DNA of 57,198 nucleotides from Escherichia phage JLK-2012: sequence record NC_049942.1; one strand, 5' to 3'. Shown piece by piece: positions 9,984 to 17,745 of this stretch (position 1 is its first letter; each line of letters starts with the position of its first letter). The notes under the pieces were generated by a model. It saw only the letters and a program-made list of their open reading frames with translations, ran no database searches and was not told where the DNA came from. The position numbers and the translations under genes were made by a program.

Positions 9984-10367
9984 TCACCTCGCCGTCAGTT
10001 GTTTTGATTTCCGGTAGCCTGCCGCGTAAATGGCTACGTTTGGAAGACATACACCAGTTTCTGGTTGCTTATGTCCAAACTCATTCGCGTACACAATGGC
10101 CGCTCGCTCCAGATTGCGTCTGTATTCTTTCTGTTGCCAGATCACGTCCTGTGCCATGAACTTAATTGGCTTAGCGTCTTCTATGCGCTCAGGCGTTTCG
10201 TGAGTACCTTTAGCCTGAATCTGCGCTCTGCTTAGAGTAGGGCGGTGTAATACTTCTGAACTTATTGCTTCTTCGCGGGCCAGTACGCCGTTAGCTAATG
10301 CCTTTGCCTTTAAACGCTCACGACGACGAGAACGTGAATTGCCTTTGAACTGAGTTCTGCGTGTCAT
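9984..10367 (-). CDS. N: N-type transcription antiterminator (933W-like N)
   Basis: 127 aa with N-terminal arginine-rich motif (NSRSRRRERLKAKA); located between the leftward promoter region and the recombination genes; AGGAGG Shine-Dalgarno. Confidence 0.8.
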   Translation of the reverse strand: MTRRTQFKGNSRSRRRERLKAKALANGVLAREEAISSEVLHRPTLSRAQIQAKGTHETPERIEDAKPIKFMAQDVIWQQKEYRRNLERAAIVYANEFGHKQPETGVCLPNVAIYAAGYRKSKQLTAR

Positions 10368-10381
10368 ATAGACCTCCTGAT

Positions 10382-10546
10382 GAACTTTGGTGGTGTGGTA
10401 GGTGGGAGACCCATTTCGACCTGTTTCGGCCTACTTCAATTCGGCAATAGTCCCGCAGGCCTCGCCGCTTTACGTGCGACATATTCCCGTCCATGAACCC
10501 TTCACCACACCCCAAAGTTCACTTTGGTTATTGCGCTTTGTCAGCG
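10382..10546 (-). promoter_or_regulatory. nutL region and N leader: boxA-like CGCTGACAAAGCG (10534-10546, minus strand), palindrome CCAAAGT-N2-ACTTTGG (10512-10527) and long-range inverted repeat (10382-10399 vs 10503-10520)
   Basis: The same 13-mer boxA-like sequence recurs at the nutR position (14047-14059); the inverted repeat arms are reverse complements with one indel. Confidence 0.5.
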
Positions 10547-10825
10547 CCGTAGATTCATATTCGAATCGTTGTATATTCACCGCCCTGGTGAGTAATGCGT
10601 CCTGCTGACGACGATAATAATGAACCAATAGTTCGACATTATCAAGAACTATTGGTACGAATTTTGGTGATTTATTAACTCTACGAAGTATGATTCTGAT
10701 ATATAAGGAAATTTATTTTTGAAAATGTGGCTGATGAAGGTTATGCGGCAGGGATCATAACTGCATGGTTTAGCGAGTTACATCAATAAATACAATTGGT
10801 TATGTTTTTTAGGTGGGCGAACGTG

Positions 10826-10855
10826 AGGCAAAGAAAACCCGGCGCTGAGGCCGGG
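10826..10855 (-). terminator. Rho-independent terminator ending the immunity-region leftward operon
   Basis: Minus-strand hairpin CCCGGCCTCAGCGCCGGG followed by TTTTCTT, directly after the stop of the 54-aa ORF. Confidence 0.7.
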
Positions 10856-11020
10856 CTAGATTTTAAAGTATTTATCTTTTAGAGATGTAGATGTAAAACT
10901 TTTCGCCTTTGAAAATTTTTTGTCATCAGAAGGGCTTATGAACTCATCTTTTTTGTAGGGAACCGCTAATGCTGCATCACGTCTGCGAGGCAGCTTGCTT
11001 ACTTCCTCGCGCTTTTTCAT
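10856..11020 (-). CDS. Small lysine-rich hypothetical protein (54 aa)
   Basis: ATG 3 bp downstream of the kinase stop; MKKREEVSKLPRRRDAALAVPYKKDEF...; ends at the terminator. Not in the supplied track. Confidence 0.35.
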   Translation of the reverse strand: MKKREEVSKLPRRRDAALAVPYKKDEFISPSDDKKFSKAKSFTSTSLKDKYFKI

Positions 11021-11022
11021 GA

Positions 11023-12069
11023 TCAGTTATCCTTTAATAACCTATACAGTTTTGTAGGGGTACATCCTGAGGATATTGTTAAGTTCGTAGCACGCCTTTT
11101 CCGCCCATCATCGTATAAACGAAAACCAGTAGTAGACGAATTTTCTGCGTCAAAAACTATAGACAGTATAGCGTCCCCAGACTTTTTTTGCCATTCGCAT
11201 GTGCCGTTAGTTGGTTTCGTCATCTGTAGACGCCAGTCAAGAACGCCATCACTTATAGCTGAGAGATCGTTTAGTACATCTAGTACGGATTGATATCTTT
11301 CATTTGGATCTACATGAATGCATTTGTTCACTATTGTTATTAATTTTTTATGTATATGGGGAGGATACTCTTTTAATGGATAGCAGCCATTAATTATCGA
11401 CTCTCTGAGTTGTTCAATCGTGCTAAATGCAGATCTTTCTCTTTCAAAATTATCATGTCCAACACACATTCTATATATGGTTAATCCTGCCTGATATATG
11501 TCATATGTGAAATTATAATCATTTGTTGATAAAGAAAAATATTCCGGTGGCACATGAAAATGATATCCAAACTCAGGCGCAGCTCTCGATTCCTCATTGA
11601 CTAACTGAGATAATCCAAAGTCAGATAGCATGGCCTCATTTCTGTTTGATATCATAATGTTATTAGGTTTTATATCAAAATGCATAAGACCTTTTGAGTG
11701 TATATGATAAAGTCCACTTAAAAATTGAATGGAATACCGTATTATCTCCCTGCTTGTAAGATTATTTTTTTTCATTAATTGGTTTAGCGAACCATTATGA
11801 TAAAATGGCATGGCTATATAGATATTGCTCTCACATTGAGCAGCATACTGAACTTGCACAATATTTGGATGTGCATGTTTATAGAGAAGCCTTGCTTCAT
11901 TAAAGTAGTCGTCGTGGTTAGTGTTTTCTTTTTTTTCTATTTCTTTAATCACCAAGTCATGAGCTAGGTGTCTGTCATGAGCCAGATATACTTTTGAAAA
12001 ACAACCCTGTTCTTCTAGATCACTAATCCATTCGAATTCTACATCAGCTCTTTTGTATGGAGTTAGCAT
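11023..12069 (-). CDS. stk: Eukaryotic-like Ser/Thr protein kinase (Stk-like, as in Stx phage 933W)
   Basis: 348 aa with kinase subdomain motifs: catalytic-loop HFDIKPNN, DFG (SDFGLS), and a ~100-aa C-terminal extension; AT-rich; overlaps upstream gene by 7 bp (ATGCTAA). Confidence 0.85.
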   Translation of the reverse strand: MLTPYKRADVEFEWISDLEEQGCFSKVYLAHDRHLAHDLVIKEIEKKENTNHDDYFNEARLLYKHAHPNIVQVQYAAQCESNIYIAMPFYHNGSLNQLMKKNNLTSREIIRYSIQFLSGLYHIHSKGLMHFDIKPNNIMISNRNEAMLSDFGLSQLVNEESRAAPEFGYHFHVPPEYFSLSTNDYNFTYDIYQAGLTIYRMCVGHDNFERERSAFSTIEQLRESIINGCYPLKEYPPHIHKKLITIVNKCIHVDPNERYQSVLDVLNDLSAISDGVLDWRLQMTKPTNGTCEWQKKSGDAILSIVFDAENSSTTGFRLYDDGRKRRATNLTISSGCTPTKLYRLLKDN

Positions 12070-12524
12070 CCCCTTACCTCCGCAGATAGTGCAGCCAAAA
12101 CAGCTTCATTTGTTTCAGTTGTAAAACCAGAATTATCGATTCCATTTATATTGCGGTGTGACTTCAATATTTCTTTATACTCGATCTCTGTTAGGTTCAA
12201 TGATGATTTCATGCCAGATTTTCTAATAGTGTAATATTTTCTTACATCACTGCTTGAAAATGCTTCTTGAATAACAGCTTCTATATAAAGGCGGTCAATG
12301 CTAAGATTATCAGAGTTTGATTCAGTAACGCGTATGGCAGCTAATTCAACATTATATAAATTAAGAATGTCGAGGATGTTATTTCTCACATACTTTAATT
12401 TTTCTGGTGTGTCTAAGGTCGAAGGTATTTTAATAACATCAACACATTTGAGTGCAGACTCATTAGTGCAATATACAACAAAAGATGTAACTTTGGGCGC
12501 CGCTCTAACACCTAGTATTCTCAT
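12063..12524 (-). CDS. Hypothetical protein co-transcribed with the kinase (possibly DUF3010-like)
   Basis: 153-aa ORF, stop overlaps kinase start (translational coupling); N-terminus MRILGVRAAPKVTSFVVYC...; family assignment is a weak recollection. Confidence 0.6.
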   Translation of the reverse strand: MRILGVRAAPKVTSFVVYCTNESALKCVDVIKIPSTLDTPEKLKYVRNNILDILNLYNVELAAIRVTESNSDNLSIDRLYIEAVIQEAFSSSDVRKYYTIRKSGMKSSLNLTEIEYKEILKSHRNINGIDNSGFTTETNEAVLAALSAEVRGC

Positions 12525-12591
12525 TTTTTATATCCTATTTTAGAATCAGGCCGCATCTCTGCGACCATCCATCATCCAAACGTCTCTTCAC

Positions 12592-12933
12592 TCATCCGAA
12601 GAAGCAGCAATCCGGGTCAGCACGCACAAGCTCAAGCGCATCAGTCAGCGAAAGTTCAGTACTGTACTGATGCCATTTCATATCCTTCCGCATCCAATAG
12701 ATTTTCCATCTATCCAGAGAACGTATGTACTTGATTCTTGCTGATGGCAGGATGTTTGTTTCACCTGGATTGCCCTGCCACACGGGGCGCTGTTCGCCGA
12801 TATCTATCGTTTGGTCATTGATGCTATAAACAATATCCAGTTCATTGCGGATATGTTCAGGCGGCCTTATGCTTTCAATGAATTGGTGAACTTCTTTTTT
12901 TACTGCTTGATATTCAAGGTCATTGAACGCCAT
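12592..12933 (-). CDS. Hypothetical protein between cI and the kinase operon
   Basis: 113-aa ORF with AAGGAGG Shine-Dalgarno; flanked by a 15-bp direct repeat (12576-12590 and 12947-12961). Confidence 0.6.
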   Translation of the reverse strand: MAFNDLEYQAVKKEVHQFIESIRPPEHIRNELDIVYSINDQTIDIGEQRPVWQGNPGETNILPSARIKYIRSLDRWKIYWMRKDMKWHQYSTELSLTDALELVRADPDCCFFG

Positions 12934-12993
12934 CTATCCTCCTTACCCAAACGTCTCTTCAGGCCACTGGTTACCAGCTATGTGACGATGAAG

Positions 12994-13701
12994 TCACGAA
13001 CTTTTCAGCCACTCCCTTGCCTCGATGTCATCCAGATGGCGAGATTGCTTCAGAATACCAGCTACATACTCCACCTTTGCTACTTGATGATAAGGCAACG
13101 TTATAGGCCTGTGATCCTGGTTAATGCTTGTAAATTGGTATTCTCCATCTCTGTCATAGCCAAGAACCTTAATCATGTTGTGTCCTTCAACGGTTCTGAC
13201 AAACACCTCATCACCCGGGAATACTTTGGTGTTAGGCTCAATGAGTACATATTCTCCTGATTTTATTCTGGGCCACATGCTGTCTCCTTTCACACGAAGA
13301 CCAAAGGCATCTGGATCATCGCTATAAATTTTGAGCCACCCATCGCGCTCTTCGGTCATCTCGATGGCACCATCAACACCAAGAATTGCCTCACCAACCA
13401 CGCGCACTAACCCTTTTTTTAATTTGCCAACAAATGAAAGAGTATCTTCATCATTCGCTCCATTTAACGAAGTGCCGTGCTGAAGCCAAACAACATCAAC
13501 GTTTAGAAATTTCGCAAGCGCATTCATTTTTTCCTGACGCGGTAAAGACTCAGCATTAAACCATTTGCTAACGCCTTTGGACGAAAGAGAAAGGGCACGG
13601 GCTATAGCCATTCCCCTACCATGTTCATCAAGACCAGCTTCTTTACAGGCTTGCGCTAGCCGCTGGGCGAATTCTTTGCGCACTTTTTCATTCTGAACCA
13701 T
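12994..13701 (-). CDS. cI: CI-type prophage repressor (HTH plus S24 LexA-like peptidase domain)
   Basis: 235 aa; N-terminal HTH (RLAQACKEAGLDEHGRGMAIARALSLSSKGVSKW), C-terminal S24 autocleavage domain (GDSMWPRIKSGEYVLIEP); divergent from cro. Confidence 0.9.
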   Translation of the reverse strand: MVQNEKVRKEFAQRLAQACKEAGLDEHGRGMAIARALSLSSKGVSKWFNAESLPRQEKMNALAKFLNVDVVWLQHGTSLNGANDEDTLSFVGKLKKGLVRVVGEAILGVDGAIEMTEERDGWLKIYSDDPDAFGLRVKGDSMWPRIKSGEYVLIEPNTKVFPGDEVFVRTVEGHNMIKVLGYDRDGEYQFTSINQDHRPITLPYHQVAKVEYVAGILKQSRHLDDIEAREWLKSS

Positions 13702-13779
13702 GAGTACGATACTAAAGCACTTGCAAAAACTTTCAGTTCAACCATAATACGTACTGAAAGTACGAAAAAGGATATTCCT
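13702..13779. promoter_or_regulatory. cI-cro divergent promoter/operator region (OR, pRM/pR)
   Basis: 78-bp intergenic between divergent cI and cro with inverted repeats ACTTTCAGT (13729-13737) / ACTGAAAGT (13754-13762) and GTAC-containing half-sites. Confidence 0.65.
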
Positions 13780-14007
13780 ATGCAAAATCTTGATGAGCCG
13801 ATTAAAGGTGTCGGCATCCCTGAAGTTGCGAAGGCTTGTGGAGTTAGCGAAAGGGCTGTCTATAAGTGGCTCAAAAACGGCTTCCTCCCTAAGACTGAGT
13901 TTTTTGGGAAAACTAAATACGCATCAAAAATCGAAGAGATTTCTGGTGGCAAATATCAAGCAAGCGAAATGCTTGAAATAAGCAAAAAGAACCTTCTGGC
14001 TGCATAA
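13780..14007 (+). CDS. cro: Cro-type HTH regulator
   Basis: 75 aa, HTH (VAKACGVSERAVYKWLKNG), first rightward gene opposite cI. Confidence 0.8.
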   Translation: MQNLDEPIKGVGIPEVAKACGVSERAVYKWLKNGFLPKTEFFGKTKYASKIEEISGGKYQASEMLEISKKNLLAA

Positions 14008-14046
14008 GTAACACCGCTATTTTCACAATGGACATTCGTCCTACGT

Positions 14047-14106
14047 CGCTGACAAAGCGAGTCCCAATATATCTGACCAACTAAGGCCATATGCGTTTCC
14101 ACGCAT
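14047..14106 (+). promoter_or_regulatory. nutR-like site: boxA-like CGCTGACAAAGCG plus downstream hairpin ATGCG-TTTCCA-CGCAT
   Basis: The 13-mer is identical to the one upstream of N on the other strand; located between cro and cII. Confidence 0.5.
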
Positions 14107-14145
14107 ACCTTTCAACTAGCTATTCACTATTGGAAATCTTAAGAA

Positions 14146-14442
14146 ATGGAACAAACAAGTTACAGCAAACTATCACAGCGAGAAATTGATCGCGCTGAAA
14201 CTGATTTACTCATCAACCTGTCAACGCTTACCCAGCGCGGTCTGGCAAAGATGATTGGCTGTCATGAATCGAAGATAAGCAGAACAGACTGGAGGTTTAT
14301 AGCTTCGGTCTTGTGTGCTTTTGGCATGGCATCAGACATCAGTCCGATTAGCAGAGCTTTTAAGTATGCGCTTGATGAAATCACAAAGAAAAAATCCCCG
14401 GTGGCCGCCGGGGACTCTAAGCAAATTGATATGCAATTCTGA
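14146..14442 (+). CDS. cII: CII transcriptional activator
   Basis: 98 aa; C-terminus ...KKKSPVAAGDSKQIDMQF resembles lambda CII ...KKRPAATERSEQIQMEF. Confidence 0.8.
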   Translation: MEQTSYSKLSQREIDRAETDLLINLSTLTQRGLAKMIGCHESKISRTDWRFIASVLCAFGMASDISPISRAFKYALDEITKKKSPVAAGDSKQIDMQF

Positions 14443-14474
14443 GGGAATTACTGGATCAATCCACAGGAGTCATT

Positions 14475-15413
14475 ATGACAAATACAGCAAAAATACTCAA
14501 CTTCGGCAGAGGTAACTTTGCCGAACAGGAGCGTAATGTGGCAGATCTCGATGATGGTTACGCCAGACTATCAAATATGCTGCTTGAGGCTTATTCAGGC
14601 GCAGATCTGACCAAGCGACAGTTTAAAGTGCTGCTTGCCATTCTGCGTAAAACCTATGGGTGGAATAAACCAATGGACAGAATCACCGATTCTCAACTTA
14701 GCGAGATTACAAAGTTACCCGTCAAACGGTGCAATGAAGCCAAGTTAGAACTCGTCAGAATGAATATTATCAAGCAGCAAGGCGGCATGTTTGGACCAAA
14801 TAAAAACACCTCAGAATGGTGCATCCCTCAAAACGAGGGAGGTTCCCCTAAAATGAGGGACATCCCTCAAAACGAGGGAAAATCCCCTAAAACGAGGGAT
14901 AAAACATCCCTCAAATTAGGGGATTGCTATCCCTCAAAACAGGGGGACACAAAAGACACTATTACAAAAGAAAAAAGAAAAGATTATTCGTCCGAGAATT
15001 CTGGCGAATCCTCTGACCAGCCAGAAAACGATCTTTCTGTGGTTAAACCGGATGCTGCAATTCAGAGCGGCAGCAAGTGGGGAACAGCAGAAGACCTGAC
15101 CGCCGCAGAGTGGATGTTTGACATGGTGAAGACCATCGCACCATCAGCCAGAAAACCGAATTTTGCAGGGTGGGCTAACGATATCCGCCTGATGCGTGAA
15201 CGTGACGGACGTAACCACCGCGACATGTGCGTGCTGTTCCGCTGGGCATGCCAGGACAACTTCTGGTCCGGTAACGTGCTAAGTCCGGCCAAACTCCGCG
15301 ACAAGTGGACCCAACTCGAAATCAACCGTAACAAGCAACAGGCTGGCGTGACCGCTGGAAAACCAAAACTCGACCTGACAAACACTGACTGGATTTACGG
15401 GGTGGATTTATGA
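14475..15413 (+). CDS. O: Replication initiator O
   Basis: 312 aa MTNTAKILNFGRGNFAEQERNVADLDDGYARLSNMLLEAYSGADLTKRQFKVLLAILRK... near-identical to lambda O, with a 13-aa in-frame insertion in the iteron region. Confidence 0.95.
   Translation: MTNTAKILNFGRGNFAEQERNVADLDDGYARLSNMLLEAYSGADLTKRQFKVLLAILRKTYGWNKPMDRITDSQLSEITKLPVKRCNEAKLELVRMNIIKQQGGMFGPNKNTSEWCIPQNEGGSPKMRDIPQNEGKSPKTRDKTSLKLGDCYPSKQGDTKDTITKEKRKDYSSENSGESSDQPENDLSVVKPDAAIQSGSKWGTAEDLTAAEWMFDMVKTIAPSARKPNFAGWANDIRLMRERDGRNHRDMCVLFRWACQDNFWSGNVLSPAKLRDKWTQLEINRNKQQAGVTAGKPKLDLTNTDWIYGVDL
14820..14990 (+). repeat. Origin of replication: six ~19-bp iterons (ATCCCTCAAAACGAGGGA-type) followed by an AT-rich segment, inside the O gene
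   Basis: Direct repeats of TCCCTCAAAACGAGGGA / TCCCCTAAAA(C/T)GAGGGA read directly from the sequence; lambda has four. Confidence 0.85.
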
Positions 15414-16111
15414 AAAACATCGCCGCACAGATGGTTAACTTTGACCGTGAGCAGATGCGTCGGATCGCCAACAACATGCCGGAACAGTACGACGAAAAGC
15501 CGCAGGTACAACAGGTAGCGCAGATCATCAACGGTGTGTTCAGCCAGTTACTGGCAACTTTCCCGGCGAGTCTGGCTAACCGGGAGCAGAACGAACTGAA
15601 TGAAATCCGCCGCCAGTGGGTTCTGGCTTTCCGGGAAAACGGGATCACCTCGATGGAACAGGTTAACGCAGGAATGCGCGTAGCCCGTCGGCAGAATCGA
15701 CCATTTCTTCCATCACCCGGGCAGTTTGTTGCATGGTGCCGGGAAGAAGCATCCGTTATCGCCGGACTGCCAAACGTCAGCGAGCTGGTTGATATGGTTT
15801 ACGAGTATTGCCGGAAGCGTGGCCTGTATCCGGATGCAGAGTCTTATCCGTGGAAATCAAACGCGCACTACTGGCTGGTTACCAACCTGTACCAGAACAT
15901 GCGGGCCAATGCGCTGACTGACGCGGAATTACGGCGCAAGGCCGCAGATGAGCTTGTCCATATGACTGCGAGAATTAATCGTGGTGAGGTGATCCCTGAA
16001 CCAGTAAAACAACTTCCTGTCATGGGCGGCAGACCTCTAAATCATGTTCAGGCGCTGGCGAAGATCGCAGAAATTAAAGCTAAGTTCGGACTGAAAGGAG
16101 CAAGTGTATGA
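15410..16111 (+). CDS. P: Replication protein P (DnaB helicase loader)
   Basis: 233 aa MKNIAAQMVNFDREQMRRIANNMPEQYDEKPQVQQVAQIINGVFSQ... matches lambda P. Confidence 0.95.
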   Translation: MKNIAAQMVNFDREQMRRIANNMPEQYDEKPQVQQVAQIINGVFSQLLATFPASLANREQNELNEIRRQWVLAFRENGITSMEQVNAGMRVARRQNRPFLPSPGQFVAWCREEASVIAGLPNVSELVDMVYEYCRKRGLYPDAESYPWKSNAHYWLVTNLYQNMRANALTDAELRRKAADELVHMTARINRGEVIPEPVKQLPVMGGRPLNHVQALAKIAEIKAKFGLKGASV

Positions 16112-16398
16112 CGGGCAAAGAGGCAATTATTCATTACCTGGGGACGCATAATAGCTTCTGTGCGCCGGACGTTGCCGCGCTAACAGGCGCAACAGTAACC
16201 AGCATAAATCAGGCCGCGGCTAAAATGGCACGGGCAGGTCTTCTGGTTATCGAAGGTAAGGTCTGGCGAACGGTGTATTACCGGTTTGCTACCAGGGAAG
16301 AACGGGAAGGAAAGGTGAGCACGAACCTGATTTTTAAGGAGTGTCGCCAGAGTGCAGCGATGAAACGGGTATTGGCGGTATATGGAGTTAAAAGATGA
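16108..16398 (+). CDS. ren: Ren
   Basis: 96 aa MTGKEAIIHYLGTHNSFCAPDVAALTGATVTSINQAAAKMARAGLLVIEGKVWRTVYYRF... matches lambda Ren. Confidence 0.9.
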   Translation: MTGKEAIIHYLGTHNSFCAPDVAALTGATVTSINQAAAKMARAGLLVIEGKVWRTVYYRFATREEREGKVSTNLIFKECRQSAAMKRVLAVYGVKR

Positions 16399-16422
16399 CC
16401 ATCTACATCACTGAGCTTGTAA

Positions 16423-16456
16423 CAGGCCTGCTGGTAATCGCAGGCCTTTTTATTTG
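16423..16456 (+). terminator. Rho-independent terminator (tR2-like)
   Basis: Hairpin AGGCCTGC-TGGTAATC-GCAGGCCT followed by TTTTTATTTG directly after ren. Confidence 0.8.
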
Positions 16457-16468
16457 GGGGAGAGGGAA

Positions 16469-16747
16469 GTGAACGATAGCTACCGACAGTTTGAAAACTG
16501 GTGGTCAAAAGACAAAAGCCAGTTTACAGAAGACGATGAATTAAAAGAGTTTACCTGGGTGATATGGCAGGCATCACGAGCAGCTATTGAACTGGATATC
16601 GACTGGCCCGAATCGAATGACGACCTTTGGAAAGATGGTGAAGAAGGTGCTTATGCGATGGGTTATGAGGATGGGCGTGACAAAACGGTAATTGCAGTAA
16701 TGAAAGCCATCAGGGCCGCAGGAATCAAAGAAAAGAATTTCGATTAA
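16469..16747 (+). CDS. Hypothetical nin-region protein (GTG start)
   Basis: ORF VNDSYRQFENWWSKDKSQFTEDDELKEFTWVIWQ... with GGGAGAGGG Shine-Dalgarno before the GTG. Confidence 0.5.
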   Translation: MNDSYRQFENWWSKDKSQFTEDDELKEFTWVIWQASRAAIELDIDWPESNDDLWKDGEEGAYAMGYEDGRDKTVIAVMKAIRAAGIKEKNFD

Positions 16748-16879
16748 GCAAATATCACTTCAATAAATCGCTTTTAAGGCATCACAATCGCTCTGTAGCG
16801 AGGTAAACGCGTGCAAGGTATACCAATAAGCAGCGAGAATGAAAAATGCGTCAGAATGCGTTTGAGGAGGTTTTAAGAA

Positions 16880-17095
16880 ATGAGTACGATAGCTGAGCTT
16901 GTCAGGGCTAATTTTCGTGAAGAGTTGGTGCGTTGGTATCGGTATCGTTCATCGTCCAGTTTGCCGCTTGATGAGTTGTATGAGCATTCACCTGCCGCAC
17001 GACGCTATCCGCGTGACCGTGTTCTTCGACGGTTGTTCAAACTCAACAATGAGTTTCAGCGCAACAGAATTATCCGGAGTCTGGATTTTAAGTGA
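16880..17095 (+). CDS. Hypothetical nin-region protein
   Basis: 71-aa ORF with GAGGAGG Shine-Dalgarno. Confidence 0.5.
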   Translation: MSTIAELVRANFREELVRWYRYRSSSSLPLDELYEHSPAARRYPRDRVLRRLFKLNNEFQRNRIIRSLDFK

Positions 17096-17105
17096 AGGAG
17101 TGAGC

Positions 17106-17342
17106 ATGAGCGACCTATCATTAACCCAGCCAAAGCTAAAAGAATGTCCGTTTTGCGGCGGTAATGCTCGTCTGTGGGTTGAGGCCGGAATAAATATTGA
17201 TGTGTGGGGCTATGCAGAATGTGACCTCTGTGAAGCCAGGGGGGCATGGGCACCATCAGTTGCTGCGGCGGCTGAAAAATGGAACCGGAGAGCAGGAGAT
17301 GAAGCAAGCCTTTCTGCTTCGCAACGAAGCAATCAGAAATAA
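17106..17342 (+). CDS. Lar-family restriction alleviation protein
   Basis: 78 aa MSDLSLTQPKLKECPFCGGNARLWVEAG... (CPFCGG motif) from internal ATG of track ORF 16899-17342; GGAG Shine-Dalgarno. Confidence 0.65.
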   Translation: MSDLSLTQPKLKECPFCGGNARLWVEAGINIDVWGYAECDLCEARGAWAPSVAAAAEKWNRRAGDEASLSASQRSNQK

Positions 17343-17745
17343 CGCCATAGACGCCATTCTCTCACTACCCATCGACGACAAGTCACCCCACGAAGTCCAC
17401 GTTAAAGAACCCAGGCGCAGCAAAGCGCAGAATGACCGTATGTGGCCGATGCTGAACGATGTTTCGCGTCAGGTGCTATGGCATGGTCAACGGCTGGCGC
17501 CGGAAGACTGGAAAGACCTGTTCACTGCCCTGTGGCTTAAGACCAAAAAACTGGAGCAACGAAGTGTGCCTGGTATCGACGGTGGCGTTGTCATGCTTGG
17601 CGTGCGTACCAGCAAAATGCGGAAGGCCAGCATGACTGAGCTTATCGAAATCATGTTCTGGTTCGGCTCAGAGCGCAACGTGCGGTGGAGTGATGACTCC
17701 CGGCGAGAGTATGAATGGTCACAACGAAAAGGTAGGGCTGCATGA
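17299..17745 (+). CDS. ninB: NinB (Orf) recombination protein
   Basis: From internal ATG of track ORF 17197-17745; ...NDRMWPMLNDVSRQVLWHGQRLAPEDWKDLFTA... aligns with lambda NinB. Confidence 0.8.
   Translation: MKQAFLLRNEAIRNNAIDAILSLPIDDKSPHEVHVKEPRRSKAQNDRMWPMLNDVSRQVLWHGQRLAPEDWKDLFTALWLKTKKLEQRSVPGIDGGVVMLGVRTSKMRKASMTELIEIMFWFGSERNVRWSDDSRREYEWSQRKGRAA

Noticed and set aside
14820-14950. Short direct repeats in O that could suggest a CRISPR-like array
   Set aside because: They are the lambda-type ori iterons inside the O gene, with no spacers or cas genes.
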